A stretch of DNA of 64,000 bases from Aquificota bacterium (GTDB taxonomy: Bacteria; Aquificota; Aquificia; Desulfurobacteriales; DQVG01): assembly GCA_027002265.1 (NCBI GenBank), contig JAMOTM010000056.1, forward strand, positions 30,977 through 94,976, read 5' to 3'. The notes beneath the pieces were generated by a model that did no database searches, was not told the DNA's origin, and saw only the letters and a program-made list of their open reading frames with translations. The position numbers and the translations under genes were made by a program. Shown here piece after piece: positions 55,393-64,000 of this stretch; the stretch's first letter is position 1; each line of letters opens with the position of its first letter.

Positions 55393-56586
55393 ATGGCATT
55401 AACTTATGAAAGCTCAGGAGTTTCCATTAAAGAGGGTGATAGTTTTGTAGAAAAAATAAAAAAACTAGTTCCAATAACTTATGACGAAAATGTATTAGAG
55501 GGAGTAGGTCTTTTTGCTTCTTGTTATAAATTAGATAAAGATAATGTCCTTGTTTCTTCTACAGATGGAGTTGGAACTAAGATAAAAATTGCTCAAGAAG
55601 TGGATATACACTCAACTATTGGAATAGATCTAGTTGCGATGTGTGTAAATGATTTAATTACAACTGGGGCAAAACCTTTATTTTTCTTGGACTATCTTGC
55701 AACAGGAAAACTTGATAAGGAAATTCATTTTCAAATAATAAAAGGTATAGTAGAAGGTTGTAAAGAAAGTGAGTGTGCCTTAATTGGTGGAGAAACTGCA
55801 GAGATGCCTGGAGTTTATAAAGATAAAGAATATGATTTAGCTGGTTTTGCAGTAGGAAATGTAAAACTAAAAGATTTAATTTTACCTACAGTTTTTGGAG
55901 ATGAAAAAAAAGCAAGAAAAATATATGGTAAATATTTTGATATAGCTAAAGATAGAAAAATGAAGGAAGGAGATATTATTGTTTACCTTCCTTCTAGTGG
56001 AATTCACTCAAATGGATACTCTCTTGTTAGAAAACTCTTTTTTGAAATCATTGGAAAAAAGTTAAGACTTTCTCCAAAGGAAATCTTAAAAAAATCTGTA
56101 AAAGAAATATTAAGAAAATTAAAACTTTTAGAAAAAGAAAAAAAAGATTTTTATAATGATCTTTTAGAAACATTACCCAAAGAATTTTTAGAAAAATATT
56201 TATATGAAATTTTACTTACACCTACGAAGATATATGTAAAAGATGTAAAAAATATACTTAAAAAGTACAAAGTTAAAGCTATGGCACATATTACCGGAGG
56301 AGGAATTCCCGGAAATTTATCTCGGGTTTTACCCAAGGATTTAAAAGCAAAAATTTATCTTGATATAGAAAAAGATGTGAAATTTGATAAAGTTGTTATA
56401 AAAGCTTTAAAGGATACATCTATCGTTCTTCCTATTTTTAAGCTTATTCAAAAACTTGGAAATGTACCTTTAGAAGATATGTTAAAAACTTTTAATATGG
56501 GCGTTGGTTATTTAATTGTTTTAGATAAAAAAGAAGAAAATAAAGTTTGTGAAGATAACTTAAAAATTATTGGAGAGATTATTTAA
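55393..56586 (+). CDS. purM: Phosphoribosylformylglycinamidine cyclo-ligase (AIR synthetase)
   Basis: Motifs: YESSGVSI, STDGVGTK, GGETAEMPGVY, DLAGFAVG, SSGIHSNGYSLVRK, HITGGG, FNMGVG. About 50 aa longer than typical PurM because of K/E-rich insertions. Confidence 0.92.
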   Translation: MALTYESSGVSIKEGDSFVEKIKKLVPITYDENVLEGVGLFASCYKLDKDNVLVSSTDGVGTKIKIAQEVDIHSTIGIDLVAMCVNDLITTGAKPLFFLDYLATGKLDKEIHFQIIKGIVEGCKESECALIGGETAEMPGVYKDKEYDLAGFAVGNVKLKDLILPTVFGDEKKARKIYGKYFDIAKDRKMKEGDIIVYLPSSGIHSNGYSLVRKLFFEIIGKKLRLSPKEILKKSVKEILRKLKLLEKEKKDFYNDLLETLPKEFLEKYLYEILLTPTKIYVKDVKNILKKYKVKAMAHITGGGIPGNLSRVLPKDLKAKIYLDIEKDVKFDKVVIKALKDTSIVLPIFKLIQKLGNVPLEDMLKTFNMGVGYLIVLDKKEENKVCEDNLKIIGEII

Positions 56587-56587
56587 G

Positions 56588-59500
56588 ATGGCAAAGCTCT
56601 TGGGTATAAAACTTGAAAATTTTAAATCTTTTAAAAATTTGGATTTACCTATTCCAAGTGGCTTTACAGCCATTGTTGGTCCAAATGGAGCTGGAAAATG
56701 TCTTTTAGGAAACTCTCTTTTACACTTAGATACTGGAAAAATAAGTATAGAAAAACTTTTTGAAAAAATAAAAAAGAATTATCTTAAAAGAAAAGTAGAG
56801 AATAATACAGAAATTTTAATTCCAAGGGAAAAGTATTTAATTTTTAGTGTTAATTTGGATACCTTAAATATAGAAAAAAAAGAAATTTTAGCTATAACAA
56901 AAAGAAGAGAAAAAAGATTTGCAATTTTAAGAACAAAATATAAAAGAGAAATTGAAGCTACTTTAAATCATCCTTTTTTTGTTTTAGAAAAAAATAAAAT
57001 AGTTTCAAAACCTTTAAGTTTTTTAAAAGAAGGAGAGAAAATTTTAACTTATCCTTTAGATTTAAAGTTAAGCTTTAAAAAAGAAAAAAAAGAAAAATAT
57101 AACTTTTCATCTCAAAAAGATTATTATCTTGAAAATTTACCCGATATAAGTTTTCTTTTAAAAGAAGCTTTTAATATGGATACTAATTCTTTTATAGATA
57201 AAAAAGGACTTTTACAAATTTTAGAATTTCAAAAAGTTTTGAATAAAAAAATTTATTCAAAGGAAGCTTTAAAACTTTTAGAAAATTTAGCAAAAACTCC
57301 TTTAACTTGGGATGAAATAGAAGATATTGAAGTTATAGAAAAGGAAGTTTATGTTTATGATATTCAAGTAAAAGATAATAGTAACTTTTTTGCAAATGAT
57401 ATTTTGGTTCATAATTCTAATATAGTAGATGCCTTTTGTTTTATTTTAGGAAAAGGCTCTTCAAAAGCTTTAAGAGGAAAAACTTTTAAGGATCTAATCA
57501 CTTTATTACCTAAGCGTCCTAAAGAAGGGAAAGTTTGTATATTTTTTTCCATAAATGATAAAGAAAAGGAAAAGTTAAATGCAAAATCAAATCTTTTAGC
57601 TTTGGAAAGAAAAATATATCTAGATAAAGATGAAACATCTTATCGTATTTATTATTTAGATGGAGAAGAAAATGAAATTTTTAATTTTTTAAGAGAAAAA
57701 AAAGGAAATGAAATTTTTAAAAGAACTATAAAAACAAAAAAAATTTCAAAAAGTGAAACTTCAGATATTCTTTCAAAGTTAAATTTACCTCCTCATGCTC
57801 CTAACGTTATTCAACAAGGAGATTTGTTAAAAATAATTTCTATGTCAAATTTAGAAAGAAGAAAGGTTATAGATGAAATTTGTGGAATTTGGGAATTTGA
57901 AGAGAAAAAGGAAAAAGCTTTAGAAGAGTTAAAAGTAGCCAGAGAATATTTAGAAAAAATAGAAGTTCGTCTTTTAGAAGTAAAAAATCTTTTAGATCAC
58001 TTAAAAAAAGAAGTAGAGAAGCTTGAAAAATATGAAAAATTGAAAAGAAAGTTAAATTTACTTTTGGATATATATTATCTTCGTCTTTATATTTTTTACA
58101 AAAACAGAATAAGAAAATTAAAAGAAACTTTACAAGAGAAAAGAAAAATTTTAGAAAATATAGAACTTGAACTTGAAAATTTAAAAAAACATAAAAAAAA
58201 TTTTTTAGAAAAACTTTCTGAAATAGATGCAAAAATATTTGAATTTAAGGAAGGGGAATATAAAGAAAAATTTGAAAATTATTCTAAGATAAATATAGAA
58301 ATATCTAATCTTTCTAAAGAAATTAAAGATCTTGAAAGTAAGTTAAAAGCTTTGGAAAATAAACTTTCTTTAACTTTAAAAGAAAAAGAAAACTTATCTT
58401 TTCAAAAAGATACTTTAGAAAAAGATTTATCAAATTTAAGATCACTTTTAAAAGATCTTTTGGAAGATATAAAGATTTTAGAGGAAAAAAGAAAAAAAAT
58501 ATCTAACTCCTATTTAAAATTAAGTCAAAAGTTAGAAGAGCTTTCGGAGAAAGAAAGAAATCTTTTAGAAAAATTTTCTAAGCTTTCTCAGGAAGTTCAA
58601 AATCTTTCCCATAAAATAGAAATTTTAAAAAAAGAAAGGGATATAAAGCTAAAGGAAATAGAAAATTTAAAGTCTTTAAAAGAACAGCTTACAAAGGAGA
58701 TAGAAAATTTAAAAAATGAAAAATATAAATATGACATAAAAGATATTTTGAATCGCCTGGAAGCCATAAAAGAAGAAGAATTTTCCTTAAAAGATGACAT
58801 AAAAAAACTTACAGAAGAAATAAAAACTTTAGAAAAAGAAAGAGAAAAAATTTTTAGAGAACTTATTGAAGAAGAAGCAAAGATAAAGAACTTAGAAAAA
58901 TACTCAGTTTCTTATGATGAAGCTTTAAAAAAGCTCATGCAAGCAAATTTACCTGGTATTATAGATATAGTAGGAAATTTAGGTAAAACTTCCTTAGAAT
59001 ATAAAACTGCTTTAGAAGCAAGTGCAGGAGGAAGGCTTAATTTCATTGTTGTAGATACCTTTGAAAATACAAAAAGAATAATAGAGTTTTTAAAACGTCA
59101 TAATCTTCCGCGATTTACATTTTTGCCCTTAGATACAATTAGATATCGAGAAACGCCTTATATAGAGCATGAAAAAATTATAGGAAGAGCTATAGATTTA
59201 ATAGAATTTGAAGAAAAATATCGTCCTATTTTTGAATTTGTATTTTATGGAACATATATAGTTAGAAATTTAGATGATGCAAGAGAACTTTTTGAAATTT
59301 ATCCAAATTGGAGATTCGTAACTTTAGAAGGAGATATTTTGGAACCTTCAGGTGCTGTATCTGGAGGAAAGTTAAAAAGTCGAGCACAAATTTCTATAAA
59401 AATCGATTATTCTCATCTAGAAACTTTAAAAAATAAATTAAAAGAGATATCAAAAAGTTTAGAAGAGAAAAAAAATATTTTAGAAAATCTAAAAAGAAAA

Positions 59501-60952
59501 CTAAGTTCTTTAGAAAAAGAGGAGTTTTCCTTAAAACATCATTTAAAGGAAATAGAAAGAAAAAAACAAACAACTTCAAAAAAATTGGAAAAATTAACTT
59601 GTGAGCTTGAAAGTATAGAGCCCAAGATCTTTGCTTTAAATAAAGATATAGAAAATATTTCAAAAAAAATTAAGATTTTGGAAAATGAAAAAAAAGAGAA
59701 AGAAGTTATTCTGTCAAATCTAGAAAAGGAAATAAATGTTTTAAAACAAGAAAAAGAAAGCATTAAAAATAATGAAATTTTAAAGGAGTTGTCTTCTCTG
59801 GAAGAGATTTTAAGTAAAAAGAAAGGTTTGTATGAAAGATATGAAAAAGAGTTTAAAGAAAAGTCCTTGAAACTTGAAAAAATAGATTTAAAACTTTCTT
59901 CTCTAGAAGAAAATATTAACTCTCTAAAAGAGGAAATTTCTATTTTAAAAGAAACTTTAAATTTAAGAAAGAAGCTTTATGAAAAAAAGAAAGAAGAGCT
60001 TTCACGACTTGAAAAAGAATTTAAAGCTTTAGAAGAAAAGTTAAGAAAATTAGAAGAGGATAAAACTTTCTTAAAAAAAAATATAGAAAATATTGAAAAA
60101 GAAATAGAAAAAAAGCAAAGGGAAAGAGAAAAAATAAAAGAAGAAATTTATCACTTTGAAAAAGAAATAGAAAAATCAAAAGTTTATATAGAGGATATAA
60201 AAAAGGTCTATCCAAAAATAGAATATTATCTAGATATTTCAAGAAAAGAGGATATAGAAAATATTTTAACTTCTAATGGTTTTAAAAAAGAGGAATTTGA
60301 AAGTTATTTAAATCTAGAGATTGATAGTATTGAAAGGGAAATAAAAGATATAAAAGCTTTTTTAAAGTCTTTAGGTGAAATTAATTTTCAAGCAAAGAAG
60401 GATTATAAAGAAGTTTACGAAAGACACAAAGAGCTTTTAGAAAAATGGGAAATATATAAAAAAGAAGAAGAAAAGTACTTACATCTTTTGGAAGAAATTG
60501 AAAAGAGAAAAAAAGAAGTATTTTTAGAAACTTTTAGAAAAATTAGAAAAGCTTTTCAAGAAATTTATGAAAAATTGGGGGGAAAAGGAGATATTCTTTT
60601 AGAAAATGAAAAAGACCCCTTAAAGGCAGGCATTATTATAAAAGCAACTCCCAAAGGAAAAAAACTTATAAATATAAATTCCATGAGTGGAGGAGAAAAA
60701 GCTTTAGCTGCTTTAAGCTTTATTTTTGCAATAGCACGTCTATTTAATGCGCCTTTCTATATTTTAGATGAAGTAGATGCTCCTTTAGATGTAAAAAATG
60801 CAGCCTTAGTGGGTAAACTTATAAAGGAATACTCTAAAGAAAAGGATTTTATAGTAATTTCGCATCGAGAGCAAACTATATCCTCGGCAGATAATATTTT
60901 TGGGGTTACTATGGAAAATGGTCTTTCAAAGGTTGTAGGTATAAAAATCTAG
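56588..60952 (+). CDS. smc: Chromosome segregation protein SMC, interrupted by an intein in the Walker A motif
   Basis: Exteins: LENFKSFKN...AIVGPNGAGK | SNIVDAFCFILGKGSSKALRG. Long coiled coils. Hinge IVGNLGKTSLEYKTALEASAGGRLNFIVVD. C-terminal SGGEKALAALSFIFAI...FYILDEVDAPLD. ATG 56588 directly follows the purM stop. Confidence 0.93.
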   Translation: MAKLLGIKLENFKSFKNLDLPIPSGFTAIVGPNGAGKCLLGNSLLHLDTGKISIEKLFEKIKKNYLKRKVENNTEILIPREKYLIFSVNLDTLNIEKKEILAITKRREKRFAILRTKYKREIEATLNHPFFVLEKNKIVSKPLSFLKEGEKILTYPLDLKLSFKKEKKEKYNFSSQKDYYLENLPDISFLLKEAFNMDTNSFIDKKGLLQILEFQKVLNKKIYSKEALKLLENLAKTPLTWDEIEDIEVIEKEVYVYDIQVKDNSNFFANDILVHNSNIVDAFCFILGKGSSKALRGKTFKDLITLLPKRPKEGKVCIFFSINDKEKEKLNAKSNLLALERKIYLDKDETSYRIYYLDGEENEIFNFLREKKGNEIFKRTIKTKKISKSETSDILSKLNLPPHAPNVIQQGDLLKIISMSNLERRKVIDEICGIWEFEEKKEKALEELKVAREYLEKIEVRLLEVKNLLDHLKKEVEKLEKYEKLKRKLNLLLDIYYLRLYIFYKNRIRKLKETLQEKRKILENIELELENLKKHKKNFLEKLSEIDAKIFEFKEGEYKEKFENYSKINIEISNLSKEIKDLESKLKALENKLSLTLKEKENLSFQKDTLEKDLSNLRSLLKDLLEDIKILEEKRKKISNSYLKLSQKLEELSEKERNLLEKFSKLSQEVQNLSHKIEILKKERDIKLKEIENLKSLKEQLTKEIENLKNEKYKYDIKDILNRLEAIKEEEFSLKDDIKKLTEEIKTLEKEREKIFRELIEEEAKIKNLEKYSVSYDEALKKLMQANLPGIIDIVGNLGKTSLEYKTALEASAGGRLNFIVVDTFENTKRIIEFLKRHNLPRFTFLPLDTIRYRETPYIEHEKIIGRAIDLIEFEEKYRPIFEFVFYGTYIVRNLDDARELFEIYPNWRFVTLEGDILEPSGAVSGGKLKSRAQISIKIDYSHLETLKNKLKEISKSLEEKKNILENLKRKLSSLEKEEFSLKHHLKEIERKKQTTSKKLEKLTCELESIEPKIFALNKDIENISKKIKILENEKKEKEVILSNLEKEINVLKQEKESIKNNEILKELSSLEEILSKKKGLYERYEKEFKEKSLKLEKIDLKLSSLEENINSLKEEISILKETLNLRKKLYEKKKEELSRLEKEFKALEEKLRKLEEDKTFLKKNIENIEKEIEKKQREREKIKEEIYHFEKEIEKSKVYIEDIKKVYPKIEYYLDISRKEDIENILTSNGFKKEEFESYLNLEIDSIEREIKDIKAFLKSLGEINFQAKKDYKEVYERHKELLEKWEIYKKEEEKYLHLLEEIEKRKKEVFLETFRKIRKAFQEIYEKLGGKGDILLENEKDPLKAGIIIKATPKGKKLININSMSGGEKALAALSFIFAIARLFNAPFYILDEVDAPLDVKNAALVGKLIKEYSKEKDFIVISHREQTISSADNIFGVTMENGLSKVVGIKI
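56699..57415 (+). mobile_element. Class-1 intein (239 aa) inserted between Lys and Ser of the SMC P-loop GPNGAGK|S
   Basis: Starts with Cys (CLLGNSLLHLDTG, block A). Block B TLNHPFF. Ends ...VYVYDIQVKDNSNFFANDILVHN, followed by +1 Ser. Removing it restores the canonical GPNGAGKSNIVDA. Confidence 0.85.
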
Positions 60953-60954
60953 TA

Positions 60955-61764
60955 TTATATTTCCTTTATGGGATAATCATTTTCCAAAATTTCTTTTGCA
61001 AGTTTTACAAAATTTTTGTTTTTATCTGAAACATATATCTCAAGTCTTGGAAAATTATTAGAAATGTTTAATAAATTTTTTCTTTTTAAAAAGTTCTTTA
61101 AAGCATAAGCAGTTTGATAAGCGCTATCTATAATCTTTACGTTAGGCAAAATAGATCTTATAACACCCTTTAAAAGAGGATAGTGAGTACATCCGAGAAC
61201 CAAAGTATCAACTTTTCCTTTAAGCTCACTTAAATATAAATTTGCAGTTTGATAAGCAATATGAGAGTTATATAAACCTTCTTCTACAATTGGAACAAAT
61301 AAAGGACAAGCTTTTTGAAATATTTTTAATTTTCCATTTAAAAAGGGATAGTATTTTTTGTAAAATTTAAAAATCTCTTCTTTGTATTTTCCACTACTTA
61401 TAGTAGATGCAGTTCCTATAACCCCTATTTGTTTTCTTTTACTAACAAGCACTGCTTTCAAACTTGCAGGCTTAATAACACCTATTACAGGAATATTAAA
61501 TTTTTTTCTTAAAATTTCTAAACTGTAACAAGAGGAAGTATTACAGGCAACAACTAAAGCTTTAATTCCTTTTGAGACTAAAAACTCGGCATTTTCTAAG
61601 CTATATTGAATTATGGTTTTTGGACTTTTATTCCCATAAGGAACTCGAGCTGTATCTCCAAAATATATAAAATTTTCAAAAGGCATTAATTTTTTTAAAG
61701 CTTTTAAAACAGTTAACCCACCTATTCCTGAATCAAAAACACCTATGGGTTTTTTTCTGTTCAA
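60955..61764 (-). CDS. murI: Glutamate racemase
   Basis: Motifs: GVFDSGIGGLTV, VVACNTSS, VLGCTHYP. Confidence 0.95.
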   Translation of the reverse strand: MNRKKPIGVFDSGIGGLTVLKALKKLMPFENFIYFGDTARVPYGNKSPKTIIQYSLENAEFLVSKGIKALVVACNTSSCYSLEILRKKFNIPVIGVIKPASLKAVLVSKRKQIGVIGTASTISSGKYKEEIFKFYKKYYPFLNGKLKIFQKACPLFVPIVEEGLYNSHIAYQTANLYLSELKGKVDTLVLGCTHYPLLKGVIRSILPNVKIIDSAYQTAYALKNFLKRKNLLNISNNFPRLEIYVSDKNKNFVKLAKEILENDYPIKEI

Positions 61765-62015
61765 GTTCCTTAACCTGATAAATATTTGATGTTCTAATAT
61801 TATTTAAAATAAGTTATAAACTGGTAAAAACAGAAAGTATATTTAGATTTTATAAATTTTATCTTAAGTTTTATACCTGTCAATTATATAGAAAAACTTT
61901 AAAATGTTAAAATAAATTTGTTTAGGATTTATATTCGTTTTATAATTAAAATTACACATATTAAAAGAAATAAAAATTCCTTGTTTTTCAAAATATGCAA
62001 TAAAGGAGGTACAAT

Positions 62016-62783
62016 ATGTGTGATACATGTGGATGTCATGAAAATTCTCAGGTTCAAAAAAAGGAAGTAAAACTTTTAGAAAGCATATTTAAAGGAAATT
62101 TAGAAGTAGCTGAGCATAATAAAGAGCATATAAATAAACTTAAAGCTTTATCTATAAACCTTATTTCATCTCCGGGAGCTGGTAAAACTACATTACTTGA
62201 AAATACTATAGAGGCTTTAAAAGATAAGCTTAAAATTGCAGTTTTAGAAGGAGATATAGAAACTCAACGAGATGCCGAACGTATAAGAGCAAAAGGAGTA
62301 CCAGCTATTCAACTTACAACCGGAGGAGCTTGTCATTTAGAATCTGAGCTAGTTCATAAAGGTATTAGTGCTCTTGAAAAACTTATAAAAGATTTTAATT
62401 GGCCTACCAAAAATCCTTTATATCCAGAAGATCCTTTAGATCTTTTATTTATAGAAAATGTTGGAAATTTAGTATGTCCGGCTTCTTTTTATTTAGGAGA
62501 AGATCTTAGAGTAGTCTTAATTTCCGTTCCAGAAGGGCCTGATAAACCTGCAAAATATCCGAAAGCTTTTAAAACTTCAGATGTATTTATTATTACAAAA
62601 ATAGATTTACTTCCTTACTTTAAAGAATTTGATCTTCAAAAGGTAAAAGAAGAAGCTTTATCTTTAAATCCAAACTTAAAAATTTTTACTATTTCCAATG
62701 AAACTAAAGAAGGTTTGGAAGATTGGGTAAATTACCTTTTAAAGAAGGTAGAAGAGAAAAAAAATAAGTTAAAGTCCGAATAA
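62016..62783 (+). CDS. hypB: Hydrogenase nickel-incorporation GTPase HypB
   Basis: N-terminal Ni site MCDTCGCH. P-loop SSPGAGKTTLLE. Also ENVGNLVCPA and ITKIDL. Confidence 0.93.
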   Translation: MCDTCGCHENSQVQKKEVKLLESIFKGNLEVAEHNKEHINKLKALSINLISSPGAGKTTLLENTIEALKDKLKIAVLEGDIETQRDAERIRAKGVPAIQLTTGGACHLESELVHKGISALEKLIKDFNWPTKNPLYPEDPLDLLFIENVGNLVCPASFYLGEDLRVVLISVPEGPDKPAKYPKAFKTSDVFIITKIDLLPYFKEFDLQKVKEEALSLNPNLKIFTISNETKEGLEDWVNYLLKKVEEKKNKLKSE

Positions 62784-62826
62784 ATTTATATAGATAATTT
62801 TTTTAAGTTGCATTTGGGGATTTCAG

Positions 62827-64000
62827 ATGGTTGTGGAAAAAGACTCCAAGAAGGTTGAAAAAGAATATCAATTTTTAAATTTACTTATTAATGAGCTTAA
62901 ACTTTTAAAGGAGCTTAGCCTTAATATTTTTTCTTCATTTGAAGAGGTAAATAAACTTTTACGTTTAGATATTTCAAAAAAACATAAAGAATTCTCTAAA
63001 ATTTTAAGGAATTTGAAATTATTTTTACAAGATCAAATAATTAATTTTAATGTTGAAGAGATAAAAAAGAGAATAGATGTTTATGTTGAAGATTTAAGGA
63101 AACTTTCTAGAGAATTATCTTTAATGGCTATAAATACAAAAATAAAATCTGTCAATATGGGGGAAAGAGGAACTACAATCTCTGTTCTTTCTACAGAGAT
63201 AAAAAAAGCGGCTGAATTTCAAAATGAGTTTTCTACAAAATTTGAAGAAGAACTTACAGCTGTTTCAAAAACCTTAGAAAGTTTAATCAAAGCATTTGAA
63301 GAAATTTATAATAATTTTGAAAATTTGGTAAACAATTACAAAAACAACATTCAAATTAAAAATTTTCAAATGGACAGAAATTATATTTTCAAACTTGAAG
63401 AAATTATTTTTAAATTAGAAAAACTAAGATTAGATTTTGAAAAAAATAAACATTTAAATAAATCTGTGTATAAAAGACTTTTAGAGGATTTAAAAAAATT
63501 CTTAGATGAATATGAAAATTATATTACAAACAAAATAATGGAATTTAAAGATATGTTCCAAAGTTTCGAAAAAATAGAAAAAGCTTGTAAAACCGCTCAA
63601 ATATCTGTAAATAAAGAATATAAAAACATTATGAAAATAATAAAAAGTTTTCAAAATTTAATTTCAAATATAATAAAAAATCTTTATTTTATTGAAAACT
63701 TTTCTAAAACAATAGAAGGTTTAAGAGTTTTAATGGCAATAGAAGTAAACAGAATTCAGGCTAAGGAGTTTTATTCCATTGTAGAAGCTATGGATAGAAT
63801 AAAACAAATTTCAGACAAAGCACAAATAGAAATGCAACGTTTATTTTTAGAGTGGCAAAGAAAGAATGAGAAAATGGAGCAAAGATTTGAAAGATTAAAA
63901 ATTATAAACGAATGTATGGATGAAACTTTATCTTTAAATTCTGAATACCAAAAAAAGCTTATAGAATTTTTGGAAAAACTAAAATCTCAAATGAAAAAAA
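62827..64000 (+). CDS. Cytoplasmic coiled-coil protein with divergent MCP-signalling-hairpin-like segments (3' end beyond window)
   Basis: I translated this frame by hand from ATG 62827 (RBS GGGGA) to nt 64000 without a stop. It is not in the ORF track because it runs off the window. LSLMAINTKIKSVNMGERGTTISVLSTEIKKAAE aligns with the MCP hairpin [31 protein letters not shown] second segment reads LRVLMAIEVNRIQAKEFYSIVEAMDRIKQIS. Confidence 0.6.
   Translation, partial: MVVEKDSKKVEKEYQFLNLLINELKLLKELSLNIFSSFEEVNKLLRLDISKKHKEFSKILRNLKLFLQDQIINFNVEEIKKRIDVYVEDLRKLSRELSLMAINTKIKSVNMGERGTTISVLSTEIKKAAEFQNEFSTKFEEELTAVSKTLESLIKAFEEIYNNFENLVNNYKNNIQIKNFQMDRNYIFKLEEIIFKLEKLRLDFEKNKHLNKSVYKRLLEDLKKFLDEYENYITNKIMEFKDMFQSFEKIEKACKTAQISVNKEYKNIMKIIKSFQNLISNIIKNLYFIENFSKTIEGLRVLMAIEVNRIQAKEFYSIVEAMDRIKQISDKAQIEMQRLFLEWQRKNEKMEQRFERLKIINECMDETLSLNSEYQKKLIEFLEKLKSQMKK

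Noticed and set aside
20958-56587. Upstream TTG/ATG start codons proposed by the ORF track at 20958, 34129, 36342, 41094, 48954 and 56570.
   Set aside because: In each case a downstream ATG/GTG (20976, 34162, 36363, 41136, 48978, 56588) has a properly spaced purine-rich RBS and removes the overlap with the preceding gene. The TTG at 48587 was kept, because it does have an AAGGAGG 7 nt upstream.
57867-60242. Several 60-120-aa reverse-strand ORFs inside smc (57867-58232, 58597-58800, 59394-59663, 59539-59763, 60021-60242).
   Set aside because: They lie antisense to a clearly conserved gene. Their products are F/L/K-rich translations of the complement of K/E/L codons, which makes them typical shadow ORFs of AT-rich coiled-coil-coding DNA.
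56588-60952. Apparent repetitiveness (GAAAAAGAAATAGAAAA-type strings) that might suggest tandem repeats or a CRISPR-like array.
   Set aside because: It is in-frame K/E/I/L heptad coding sequence of the SMC coiled coil. There are no regularly spaced identical direct repeats with unique spacers.
61765-62015. Long AT-rich intergenic regions (61765-62015, 45371-45580, 10399-10593, 40952-41135, 30403-30517) were inspected for tRNA, riboswitch (including c-di-GMP GEMM), sRNA or NikR/Fur-type operators.
   Set aside because: I found no GC-rich stems, cloverleaf-compatible segments or conserved riboswitch cores. Only AT-only palindromes turned up, and these are expected by chance at this base composition.

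Overview
Very AT-rich, densely packed chromosomal segment with lysine-, glutamate-, isoleucine- and asparagine-rich proteins. Many neighbouring genes overlap by 4-23 nt and lie in long co-directional blocks. The host looks like a diderm, flagellated, probably thermophilic and hydrogen-using bacterium. The lineage cannot be identified by eye; Aquificota- or Thermodesulfobacteriota-like is only a guess. I support about 57 protein-coding genes. I recognised no rRNA, tRNA, CRISPR array, transposase or integrase. The only mobile element seen is an intein.

Housekeeping content: glnE, a FAH-family hydrolase, the dnaG-rpoD pair, an LPS heptosyltransferase, a ClC channel, flgH-flgI, a LivJ-like binding protein, an Slt-type transglycosylase, rpe, pyrD, a PAP2 phosphatase, an MFS transporter, a HIT protein, aconitase, nfi, secD, ispG, a folB-like gene, queH, ddl, purM, smc, murI and hypB.

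Stretches worth a second look:
1. 29.1-33.8 kb: a short periplasmic (Tat-signal) [NiFe]-hydrogenase encoded large-subunit-first, with no C-terminal extension. It is followed 14 nt later by a chemoreceptor whose only two cysteines form a periplasmic CXXCH heme-c motif. This is a candidate H2/redox-taxis module.
2. 33.9-35.9 kb: a four-gene envelope cluster. It encodes a secreted 75-residue peptide with 16 Cys, a CxC-motif lipoprotein and two FlgO-like-domain proteins.
3. 23.4-25.5 kb: two tandem paralogues (winged helix plus Sm/Hfq-like barrel) translationally coupled to a phage-T4-Rnl1-type RNA ligase.
4. 56.7-57.4 kb: a 239-aa intein inserted in the Walker-A P-loop of SMC.
5. Six c-di-GMP signalling genes across the window, two of them with degenerate catalytic motifs.

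All functional calls rest on motif recognition by eye. No database search was run. Operon claims are weak because almost all neighbouring genes here are closely spaced and co-directional.
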